This document shows positions 52,501 through 64,000 of a DNA stretch of 64,000 nt, one piece after another. A program made the position numbers and the translations under genes. Where the stretch lies: positions 120,287,741 to 120,351,740 of the forward strand of contig CM041465.1 of the NCBI GenBank assembly GCA_023213395.1. The letters run 5' to 3'. The number at the start of each line of letters is the position of its first letter. Position 1 is the stretch's first letter. Under the pieces are notes generated by a model. The model was given only the letters and a program-made list of their open reading frames with translations. It ran no database searches and was not told the origin of the DNA. This stretch comes from Cycas panzhihuaensis (Eukaryota; Plantae; Cycadophyta).

Positions 52501-53549
52501 CTACCATGTAGATGAAGGATGAACATAAATAGTTTTTTGTGGAGCACAGAGCTACCACACAACCAGAGGAGAGATGCTAGAGAGTTGGTAATGTGATATA
52601 GGTCAGAATCAGGTCAAAGCACAACTTTGACTTTGCCTTGAGATGAGTAATAATGAGGCAACGATGGTTGATGAATAAATCCATGTGAGCGATGATGATG
52701 ACTTGTAGAGAAAATATACCTCCACGATTATGCACTCTATTTCAAAACCCCTGGACTAATTTTATACATAGAACGTATGGCAAGATAATCAATGGAGTAG
52801 GTTTAATTCGTGAGTAGAAGAATGAAGTCAATAAGGATGAAACAAATGAGATACTACAAAATAAAAATATGCCAGTTGGTATTGATTGCAGAACATATCA
52901 CATATAAATGTCGATGTAATGCCAATGACAGAGTATTTTCCTCAAATGATTTAGGGAGGGAGAAACTAGGAGTCTCTATAGAGAAGACTCTTAATAAAGA
53001 AATAATGTCATATTTTACTACTGAGTAGGCTACTCAAGCTATGAATGATGCACCAAAGAAAGGGCACATGAAATATTTAACAAATGATTATATAAAATAT
53101 TATTGTTGATAATATTGTAAACTGAGTAAATATGAAAAAAGACTTTCCATGCTTTGTATAAACTTAGGACCTCTGATTTCTAGGAGCAATAGCTTTGATA
53201 CCATGTGAAGATCATATATGAGGCTCTAATGCCATATGAAGAATATAATGGAGATGAGAGTGGAGCAATGAACACATAAATCCATCCATATTGATACTCA
53301 AATACATGTTCAAATCATTGTATTCAATCCATACTGATAAAAAAGATAACAAATTTATAATAGTGTTAAAGTTAAAGAACACTCAGGGTTTTGGCCCCAA
53401 AGATTACATATTCGAGAGGCAGGCGGGAGCCCACCTCAACCTAAATTCAAAATAATATAAAAAATAAAAAACTTATAATAGAATAATATTACCTTAATGG
53501 CTGATGCGGTTTGCATGGTCCTAAGGAAGTAATGAATATTAATCTAATC
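49575..53549 (-). mobile_element. Non-autonomous Ty1/Copia derivative, copy B (~4.0 kb)
   Basis: LTRs 49575-49888 and 53237-53549 align closely; TSD TTATC (49570-49574, 53550-53554); PPT 49889-49898; PBS 53223-53234; leader homologous to copy A. Confidence 0.93.
49898..50600 (-). pseudogene. Collapsed Copia ORF of copy B (Gag N-terminus fused to RNase H tail)
   Basis: MATYLDDMIILILDGTKF...LALIFCTIDNTIF...LNKTNYINDAFHMSQMLE...KAKG...KVFIKYKYYKFKEKF. Colinear with copy A, with one frameshift near 50115. Confidence 0.85.
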
Positions 53550-55574
53550 TTATCTCATATTCATGCATTCTTATCTTACATATAATTTTACTTACTGGTG
53601 TCTATAGGATTAGATTGTGGTCTGAATTTGAGATACATATCTTATTTGGCTATAGTGTTCTGTGCTCTACAAGTTTATTCATCTAATATAATATTAGCAA
53701 TTGTAGTTGCGACCTATAAATTCATTCTTGTGTGTTTTGACTGGTATTTAGCATATATGCTCTAGTCATCCCCATAGTCTATGGGCATATTGCATTGATT
53801 ATCACTCAATATATTAGTGCCTTGCATGGCTACATATGAGGATTATGCCTTACATTGGATTTTAAGTTGCATAGTATTCATAAGAGAGTAATGTTCTAAG
53901 GGGAAATAATATACAACTTTGAGTGCTTATTTGTTTACATGACTTACTAGTTTATTTGTGTTTGTAGTTGTAACTAATCGTTTAGGTGCTCAATCAACTT
54001 GCATTATGTCTGTGTATTTATCTCTCACTTCCTATGTTAGTATTATAAATCATACTATATTTGGATTTATATTCATGCCTAATAGAGTTGGGTTTATGCT
54101 TATATTTATTCTTAACTAGTTATTATATCCTTATATCTCAATATTATTTTTTATTCTATTTTTCTTAAGGTGATAATAATAGCATATTCATAAGCATCTC
54201 GACGAGTTATTTAGTATTCTAGTTAGCACATTCTCTATTTAGCATGATAATCTTGGTTGACATTCAGAGTCATATCCCTCTCTACCATTGCATTATATTT
54301 GTATTAACCTAAATGATTATGCTTGGGGTCATTATGTGTCTGTTCTTATCCAATCATTAAAATGTCTATATGTCTAGGTTAAAAAGTTACCACACATTGT
54401 GGAATCTAGTTCTTCTGTACATTCTTTACATATTTGTATGTGTAGTATGCAGTATGCCAAGATTTACATGTATGTTGTAAGAATTAATGGATCATCCATA
54501 TACCTTTCCTTATGTAATGGATACCATTGTCTATTTGAGTCTTATATTAGTCAACACACTATTCATCTCTTTAAAATTGTCCCATCATCTTGTCTTATTG
54601 ATAGTTTGATTTTTCCATTTTAATAAATAGGTGGGAATCTCATGATACATAGAGGGCATATATGAAGGTATAGTCAAAGACTATATTGAGTTTATGAAGT
54701 TTTTACATCTAATGAAGTGTTTTCCTTGAGTTTATTACCATTAGCATGGTGTTTTGTCATCTGCAAAGGAAATTTAATAACAAACATTAAAGGAGTTTTT
54801 TTCTCTCTAGGTTACATAATCTAAGAAATTGAACTAGTTTTCATGTTTTGCTAAGTTTACTTGTTTGTAGGGCCCCTTTTCATTAAACCTGTAGGTCACA
54901 TAAATAACCAAGTAACCAAAATAATTTTTTAAAGGGGTTTAATTACATTTTTAAAAGAGCCTGTACTATTTTAAGCACTTGTTTTTGCTTCAACAAGTAT
55001 AATTGTTATATATAGGGCTCGTTTTTAAATCCGTCAACTTTAGAGTGATATTCACTTTCACCTAAACTAAATGAGTGGTCACACACCTATATTGGATTTA
55101 TATCTAGTGGTTTATTTAATGAGTCAAAGTTGATGTAAATTTTCATTGTAGTTTATGCACTAAGGGCATACCTCTTTGTAATATTAAAGGTATAACTTTT
55201 CCATAAGGTCTTAGAATTAATTATTGTTTAAAGTGTTAGATTCATATTTTGATTCTTTATAAAGTTAATGGTTATTTGAATATTTTTAAAATCATTTATT
55301 ATTATTTTAATATTCAAATTTAATGTAGGTTTAAGGGATTCTTACGAGTTGACCCTTTAAATAAACTTAGCAAAAATTTTACTTTATAATCATAATCTAA
55401 TACAAAAATATTTATCTTGGAGGAGGTTGAGTCCTAATTTGGACACTTGTGTATGTTCCAAAATTGAAGGGGGATAATTTAGGTTGTGGTTAAGTGCTTT
55501 TATTATCTTGTTTAGTGCACTTTTTTAATTCTTCATTTTCAAAGAAATTTATCTTTCAAAGTAATTTTTACTTT

Positions 55575-57940
55575 ATTATAGCATCTAACATAAGTAATGT
55601 AATGGTACCTAAGTTTGATGGTGTTAATTTTTTAGATTGGAGTTATAGAATAAAGCCTATTTTTGTATTAAAATATATATGGAAGTTAATTAAAAATAAA
55701 TATGGTACATTTGATCCCAACCCTATTACAAATAAGAAGAAGACTTTCAAGAAGAATAAAAAGAGAGAGAATAAATCTTTGGTATTCATATTTTAAGCAT
55801 TGGAAGACCACATGTTTTAAAGAATAAGTGAGGTGACTATATCAAAGGAGGCATGGGATGCTTTAAAGATCACCTACAAAGGGGTTGTTATGTCAAAACT
55901 TTACATATTAAAGAGTAAATTTGAAAAATATAAAATGAATAACAATGAGGGGATTAATAACTTCGTAACCAAGGTACAGGTCTTAGTTAATCAAATTAGG
56001 GTCTTAGGAGAAGTTATTAATGAATAAATAATGGTAGAAAAAAATTTCAAGTATGTTAGTGATATTAAGAGGTTTAAAATAATAGCCACAAGTATTGAGG
56101 TCTCTAAAGACCATACAACACTTAAAGTCAATCAACTTAGCACCATGTTTTAAGTTATGGAAGAAAAAAAAGATATTAGTGAGTCATTAGTGTTGAAAAG
56201 ACAAAGTCCTAATAACCTGAAACCACCACTAAGTTTTAAACTATTTTGTAACTAGTTATAGGAATTGAAACTAAAATTTAACATGCAAGTTCTTAAACTA
56301 GATATAATACAATAAAATGAATAAGAAAGCCAAAACATCACATATACACTTGATATAATATGGTAAAACCCTAGCAACGTGTTAGGGAAATATCTACACA
56401 GGAAATATATCAATCTTTATTATTAAAGAATGGAGAAATGTACATAATCTATAGCAGAATGCTAACAGCAATAACAACTAGTTACCCAACTCTTCACGGT
56501 ACATCCAATACATCAAACACCATCAACATAATGAAAAAACACCATAAATCAGGCTATATGAGAGAGTCATACAAGGCACAAATCTCGACCATAGAATCTA
56601 GGGTATTTTGAGTAAACGACCTCGATTCTCTTTACATTTTAGTATGCTTTTCAGTGCTAGCTTTTTTGGATTGGGGCTATCACCCTTGAATGGGGGGTTT
56701 TGGCTCCCCTGCATTTCCATCTAAGGGGGCCCGCCTCAAACCCTCGAGGAAGTTTGGAGAGGAAACTGTATTACCAACCTGTCAAAATTTTATCCTCCAA
56801 AACATTGTTATCGCATTACTTAACAATTAGAATATGTATTTTCCACTAAGATAAAGATTAGGCTATCCTGTGAAAGTCAAAATTCTAGGGAAAGAGGTTA
56901 ATCTCTTAAAGGAAGAGGATAAAACTTTAGAAACTAAAGGTAATTTCATCAAGATTAAGGTCAAGGTTAATTTTATCAAGGATAAGGTCAATTTAAAGGA
57001 CAAGGATAATTCCATCAAGGCTAATATAATTAAGATCAAGGATGAGGTTTTGGATCTCAAGGAAGAAGAAGAGGACAAAGTCTAAGGGGAAGGAATCAAG
57101 GATAAAGAGGAAGGAGTCTTAGAATTAGAGGAAGATGAACAATATAATGTTCCTATTGTCATAGAAATAAATATTTAGAAAATAATTATTTCACAGAAGG
57201 ATCCAACATATACAGAGGATCAATAAATACAATAATTAAAGGACCAAAGGAGAGTAAAAAACTTTTTTTATTAAGTATAATGGCCAATGAAAAGAAGGAT
57301 GGTTAGTATATTAATTCAAGTTACTCTACTCATATAATACATTAAAAAGAATAGTTTAAAGAATTGGATAATACTTAAATAAATAAAATAATATTTACGG
57401 ATACTACTACTCAAGTTGTAATAGGTAAATGGAGTGTAATTATCTAAATAAATTTTGGAGAGATTAAGTATATCAACGATGTACTTCATATCCCTATACT
57501 TAAGAAAAACTTACTATCAATTGGATAAATGATGGAATAAAAGTATAAAGCTATCTTTAATAATAGTGAGTGTATCATTATGGATAAGTTAAAGAATGAA
57601 GTAATGGTTACTAAGCGTCAAATGATAGGTAATAGATTATTTAAGTTAGTCATACACCCAAGTGACTACTATATCTTAAAGACATCAATTGATGTAGATA
57701 GTGAGACTTAGCATAAAAGATTTGGCTATATAAATTATAACAACTTAGTATTAAGGAAAAAAAAAATGGTGATTAGTCTACCTAATATTGAATATGGTAA
57801 AGAGGTTTATAAGGAATATATATTACGCAAACAACAAAGGAAAGGATTTTCAAATGATAATTATAGGGCAAATGGGCCATTACTACTTATGAACATAAAT
57901 CTATGTGGATTAATAGATGTACCATCACTTGGAAGAACTA
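55575..57940 (+). mobile_element. Truncated Ty1/Copia (gag, Zn knuckle, protease, GAG-pre-integrase, start of integrase)
   Basis: VPKFDGVNFLDWS, SKEAWDALKITYKG, RG-rich linker, CSYCH, YINDVLHIPILKKNLLSIG, NLCG. Cut by the next element. Confidence 0.88.
56191..56825. mobile_element. Solo LTR (635 bp) inserted in the Copia gag
   Basis: TGTTG...TAACA termini with perfect TSD ATTAG (56186-56190, 56826-56830). No internal coding region. Confidence 0.9.
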
Positions 57941-60900
57941 AGTAAAAGGAGAGGATCTAGCCTTCATATCTATTTACTATACACAAAGGCAAATGTGGGA
58001 GTAAGAGAGACTTGAGAGAAAAAGAGTAGCTCTCACAAAATAGGGAGGTAAGAATGAGCCTCTTCTATTGAGCTTTGCTTTATATTGATGAGAGAGTATA
58101 TTAGGATTAGGGTTTTTCCTAATGAGATGAAATTACATATAATGTACATAAAAGTACATTTCACTTAAATGATCTAATTTAAAGTTCACTTAAGACCCTT
58201 TTAGAAATAATAAACCAATGTAATGATCCTGTGGTATTAACTAATTTCAATCCCCCCCTTTATGATAGAAGGTCATTTCATCCTATTTTATTCTATCTTA
58301 TGAGGTCTTTATTTGAGCCTCTTACAAAGAAAACTACTATGACACTTTTGTAGGAAATCCTCATGGGGGAAAAACCCATAAACTTTCTAGTCTACTAACC
58401 TAGCTTAGGTGGTTCTTTGAATGGAGATGGATAGCTAATCAGTACAATAAATTTTATAGTTATAATCTACTAAGTCTCCATATACTATTTAGTCATACCC
58501 CATGCCCTTTCAGATTTTCACAGATTCTAATTTTTTGAAATGGCACACAACCTTTATTCTTTCGCACCTATAAGGGATTTTTATGAATAGGATATAGCTG
58601 AGTCTTACTCTTGTCATTTTGCGCCCACAAGGGATTTTCACGAATGAGACATAGTATGATGGTCTTATTATTATCTCCTTCAATTAGTTAGAGATAGAGG
58701 TCCTAAGGCTAAGCTACCTTCATAACTATTCAAACTTCACCTTTTACAGTAGTTTAGTAAAAATATCGGCCACTAGATCTGCTATGGGACAGTACTCTAG
58801 TTAAATTATACCTTCATGAACTAGTTCTCTAATCCTATGGACTTTTATACTTATATGATTGGTATGATAATAAAATATAAGATTTTTAACCATGTGGATT
58901 GTATATTGATTATCTACACGTAGATTAGCAGAACTTATTTGGATGACATTTAATGTATTCAATAATTTTCTAAGCCATATCACTCCCTTGCTTGTTTCAA
59001 AAGTAGCAATATATTCAACTTCGGTAGTTGAGTCTACAACTATCTTCTGTCATTTGGATCTCTATGATACTAGTGTTGTTCTAAGAAATGTTACGTACTC
59101 AGATGTGGATCTTCCTATGTCTTTATCTATAATAAAGTCTAGGTCTGTATATGCATAAAATTTAAATTTTGCATTGGGTTCATATAGTAGATCATATTTA
59201 CTGGTTGTCTTTAGGTACTTCAACACTTATACTACAGCCTACTAATGGTTCTGTTTAGGATTTATTATGAATTATATAAGAATTCCAATATAGTGTGAAA
59301 TATTTGGCCTTGTATTAGCAATATAGATGAGACTACCTATAAGTTAATTGTAGAGTATTGTATTTGCCTCCTTAGTATTACCATCAGCTAAGAGTTTAGT
59401 ATTAGGTTCCAAAGGTGTAGTCATTGGTCGAGCATCTTCCAACTAAAACTTTGTTAGAAGATCATTGATATATTTTTCTTGGGAGAGATACTTTTCTATT
59501 CTTTTGAGTTACTTTAATTCCTAAGTAATATTTCATCAACCCAAGATTAGACAATTCAAAAGTTTGGTAAGGTCCTTCTTTAGTTAATTGATTGTATGTT
59601 CACTATTCCCCATTAGTAGCATATCATCCACAAAGATTAAAAGGTAAGTGACTTTATCTTTTTGGTGTTTGATGAACAATGTTATATTAATATCTTGATA
59701 GTCATAAATTTCATATCCAAGTTACCTTATTCTATCATACAACTTGGTAAACCAAGCATGTGGGCTTATTTTAGGCAATACAAGGACTTTTTAAGCTTGT
59801 AAAACTTATGCTCCTAACCAATGATCTCATATCCTTCTAGCTGAGCTATATAAATTTCTTCTTCAAAGTCCCCATTAAGAAACATAGTCTTAATATCAAG
59901 TTGGTGGATTTTTTAACCCTATTGAGTAGCTAAGGCTATAAGGGTTCTAATTATGGGTTGCTTGATTATAGGTGCAAAGATTTTAGTATAGTAAATGCTT
60001 TTTCTTTGTATAGATTCTTTTTCTAATAACATTGCCTTATGTTTTTCTGAGGTGTCATCTAATCTATACTTATTTTTAAACACTTATTTGTTTCAAACTA
60101 CCTTTCTTCTAAGTGGTAGATCGACGAGCTCCCATGTACTATTCTTGATAAGAGATTAGTACTCTTTATTTATAGTATTTCTTCAAGCTATATGCTTTAT
60201 AGCTTCTTGGTATGTTAGAGGCTCTTCATTGAGAGTAAGGTATAGTTTTATTGATTCAAGCTCAATGGGAAGTGATTTATGTATCCTTGCTCTATGGGCA
60301 CTTCTAGTGTCAGTTTTGCCTACCTCATCTAGTCGTATATCCTTGTGTAGTTAATAGGCTTAAGGAATGGGTTTTTTATTTTTGTAACCCCTTAGTCTTT
60401 ATTTTGATCTTGAAAATGATCATGTGAAATGTTTGGTATAGAGGAAATTGATAATGTTGGAGGAGATAGGCCAACTACTGATGTTAGAGAAGGTGGTCCT
60501 TCTGCTATCGCTTTGCCTTTGTTAACTTGGCTATTCTTAAATGATGGTGTTAGATGTACATATATTGGTTGGGAGTCACAGCTTGTATCCCATGGGGTTG
60601 TATTAACATATTTTAAGATTTTGAATAATTATTGAGCATCCTGCACCCCCCCCCCCCCAACAAATTTTAGAATCTGGACATCAAATTTGGTAGCATCATT
60701 AAATAATTATAGAGGAATCTTAGAGTCAAGTCTAAATAACTGATCTTTAGTCTCCACAAATACGACGTCTCTAGTGATAATGATTTTATACTGTGAAGTT
60801 AGGAAGATCTTGTACCCATTTTTGTTTATAGAGTATCTAACAAAGATGCCTTTAAGGGATTTATCTTGGAGCTTATTTCTATGTTCTTCCAAAATCTAAG

Positions 60901-63900
60901 CATAATAATTAAAAGCAAAAATTTTAAAGTGGGAGATAGTGGGGGGTTGTCCATACCACATTTCATGTGGAGAGGGGCTAAGCTTGAAGGGACTAATAGT
61001 GTTGATGTAATACATGATAGTTTAGATAGCCCTAGCCTAGAGATAGAGAGAGAGATTCTTATATACTAGTATAGCACGAGCCATGTTCATAATGGTCCTA
61101 CTCATGTGCTCAGTAACTTCATTCTATTGGGATGTACTTATAACAGTGGCCTGATATTTGATCCTATAGTGGCACAAGTATGATTCAAACTCATTGGAAG
61201 TATACTCATTGCCATTATCAATCTAAAGTATTTTGATCTTGAATCTTAATTCACTTTCCACGCAGGCCTTGAGAGTTTGAAACATAGAAAAAGCTTCATC
61301 TTTCTTCGCAAGAAAAGTAACCTATACTTTCTTAGTAAAGTTATCAATGAAAATTATATAGCATCACTTTTGTTTGAGAGAAATGATGGACATAGGACCA
61401 CATATATCTGAGTGTACAACCTACAAGGGCTAGCTAGATTTCTACTAACTATGGGGAAAGGGTTGTCTTTAGGATTTTGCAATAATGCATGCTTTACATT
61501 TGAAGGGTTTAGAGGAGAACTTAGGCATACTGGGAATGATGGCATGTAGTTCTCTTAAGCAATCAATTTTGATATGGCCTATATGAGCATGCCATAGGGC
61601 TTCTTGAGATAACTTTTGAGGAGATATGGTTATAGTAAAAGCAAAGTCATCATCAACATAATTGGTTTCATAGGATGGTAAACTAGTTAGGCAAAACAAT
61701 TTGCCATCAAGAATTCTGGTCATAACCACAGCATTTAAAGGAGGGTGAATGACACAGAGAGTCTAATTATCTGTAGTTACACTTAGATCAAATCCATGAG
61801 AGATAAGGGTAGATAGTGAGAGTAGGTTCTACTTTAGAGTAGAAATATATAAAACATCGACAGGGGTAAAATCTAGAAAGTCTAGGAGTTTCAAGTAAAC
61901 AATTCTAAATCCTTCAATTAGTTGAGATGATTTATCAGCTATGTGTATAACACCATGAAGTTTAGAGTCAAAATTCTAAAAGAACTGGTGATGGCAGGTC
62001 ATATGTTGTGTTACTCCAGTATCTATGATCCAAGATGAAGTATTTAAGGTGGTACTATTGGTAACTCCAAGTGGTGAAGGCAAAAGTGAATAAGCATAAC
62101 TACAATAAACCTCAATATACTTAGTGGATTTGTTAATAGCATTTAATGAAGTGGTCCTAATTCTTTGAAGGTATGCATGAGCAAATTGTGTTCTACCAAA
62201 AGTATCTCCAACAGAAGTATTATCAACATTATGTGTATTATAACACTGTTAATAGCTAGGTAGCTTGTTGGTGGTAATTCTATAATTTTTGGCATAGTGT
62301 CTTTTTCTGTGACATATTTAGCATACAATTATTTAATTTCTAGTCCCATAAGAAGTATTGGGTTAGTTGGATTATCTCTAATTACTAGATTTGGGTCCAG
62401 GTTGATTATTCTGGACTTGGCCTTAAGACTATTTTTGTTGGAATTAGGGAGCCTATTGACCATGAAGATGTTATCCTTGTTATCTACTTCTACCTCTTCT
62501 GTGAGAATTACCATCTTTGTAAGAGGGTTAACTTTGATTTTTGGTATAAAAAAGATCTTCTTCCACTTAAAGAGTAGCATTGACAGGATCTAATATAATG
62601 GTGAAGTTGGTGTCAAAGGTTTTATTAAATTTGATGAACTTATCAACAAGACCCTCAAAGTTTAAGGTCTTTAAGTTGCCACTAGATTGAAGACTTCCTA
62701 ATAGATTTTTATAGTCTGGGATATGGAGATATGACTAAATAAAAAAATCTCATGTAATATATTGAGTCTTAAAGTCTTTATTAATGGCTAACTTGATGGG
62801 ATAAAAGAGATTGATTATCTCACTTGTGTGTCCTTTCTGTATTTTTAATTTGTTCATCTTCAATACTACATGAACAAATTCTAAGTCTTATTTAGTGTCA
62901 AAGTACTTCTTAAGAACTTCAAGGACTTTCTATATTATATCATATATAACTTCATCAATGAGGTTATACAAGGAATGATCAATACCATGATGTATCCTTA
63001 TATAAATTTTATTATCATCAAGTTCCTATTAGTATTTGGTTGCAACATTAGTGGGAGCAGATGGAGTAGTTCCTCCACAAGTAAGTGTGGTAGCAATAAT
63101 TGGTGTAAGCTATAAGTGATCTCTCTAAAGACCTACATACTTTGTAGCATTTTTTACAGCAGTGAACCAAATATCCCAATTTCTTTTCCCTTTAAGAATG
63201 CAGTTTATATTTTGTTTGAATTGTAAAGATATGGCGACTTTTGATAAGGAAAGAAATGAATAAGGGACTATAGAAGTGATGACAATAAATGACTAATCAT
63301 TATTTATAAATAAGAGATGCACTAAAGAAGTGTAGTAGAATAAAGAAATGAGAATAGTTACCTAAAGATGAAGAGAGCACCTTAGAGAAAAAGTCACAAA
63401 CACTTGTGACAAATATTAACATGGTACAATAGGAATATGAGAAGTACTGTGATGAAAATTAACCACCAACACTTGTGGTAGAATTATCTTGATGCAGTAG
63501 GAATATAACATTATAAATATGATTGTACTATAGATCACTATTTGTAAATATGTGAGTGATCAATATACAAGATTATAGGCTAATGTAGAACCTGACATCA
63601 TTGAGTGCACACAACTCTAAAACTCAAATATAGGATGCATAATCAACCTAATAACCTCTAACTTATGTCTAACGTATAATTTGATGTTATTTAATGGATG
63701 TCTAAGTTTCTAGTAAAATTAAGTTGGCATTCACTTACGACACTTATAATTGTGCTTAGTGATAAAATCCAAGTCACAATAGAGCCCAAGCACTTCCAAT
63801 CCTCACCCTATTCACTAATGAGAAGTTATATACCTTTTTCAAAGAGTGGTATATATATACCTACAACTATGATAGATATTGGACCAGGTATATTTTAATC

Positions 63901-64000
63901 TTATATTGAAGTTTTAGTTTTTTTAGTTAGTTATCAAGATGATCCCTTATTGAGGTATAATGGTATGGTTAACTAAGGCTCACCAATATTTCGATTAAGT
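57941..64000 (-). mobile_element. Decayed Ty1/Copia retrotransposon; its 5' LTR lies beyond the window
   Basis: 3' LTR ~57941-58249; PPT 58251-58260; RH (VDNQYTI, ADIFTK); RT; INT (KLQDKSLKGIFVRY, ITRDVVF); LWHAHIGH...CKAC; PR WIIDTG; gag to ~63235. Confidence 0.92.

Noticed and set aside
53555-54780. Possible 3' UTR of a plus-strand Copia, continuing from 49000-49574
   Set aside because: Only compositional hints and a degenerate PPT-like end; boundaries cannot be supported.

Overview
AT-rich, strongly CpG/CHG-depleted land-plant nuclear DNA made mostly of nested, decayed retrotransposons. It is probably from a gymnosperm; the retroelement types and heavy deamination would fit a gnetophyte such as Welwitschia, but this is inference only. 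Layers resolved from TSDs, PBS/PPT motifs and manual translation: (1) an old minus-strand Ty3/Gypsy Tat element (gag-pol ~14.9-21.6 kb) with a separate archaeal-type RNase H ORF downstream of integrase; (2) a ~4-kb non-autonomous Copia derivative (3303-13472, TSD AGTAT) inserted into that aRH ORF; (3) a young full-length L1 LINE with RNase H (4992-11119, 20-bp TSD) inside it; (4) a second member of the same 4-kb family (49575-53549, TSD TTATC). Both 4-kb elements encode the same collapsed Gag::post-protease::RNase H-tail mini-ORF. The window also holds a full-length decayed Copia (38180-43644), two more Copia elements and a solo LTR (55.6-64 kb), and a chromovirus remnant whose integrase core is replaced by an intronless WDR91-like host cDNA fragment (47262-48324). 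The only long intact ORF is an intronless 561-aa protein (31812-33497) in a CpG-retaining island. It resembles retrotransposon accessory (PMD/Transposase_32-like) proteins and is a candidate domesticated gene. Family assignments come from recalled motifs, not database searches.
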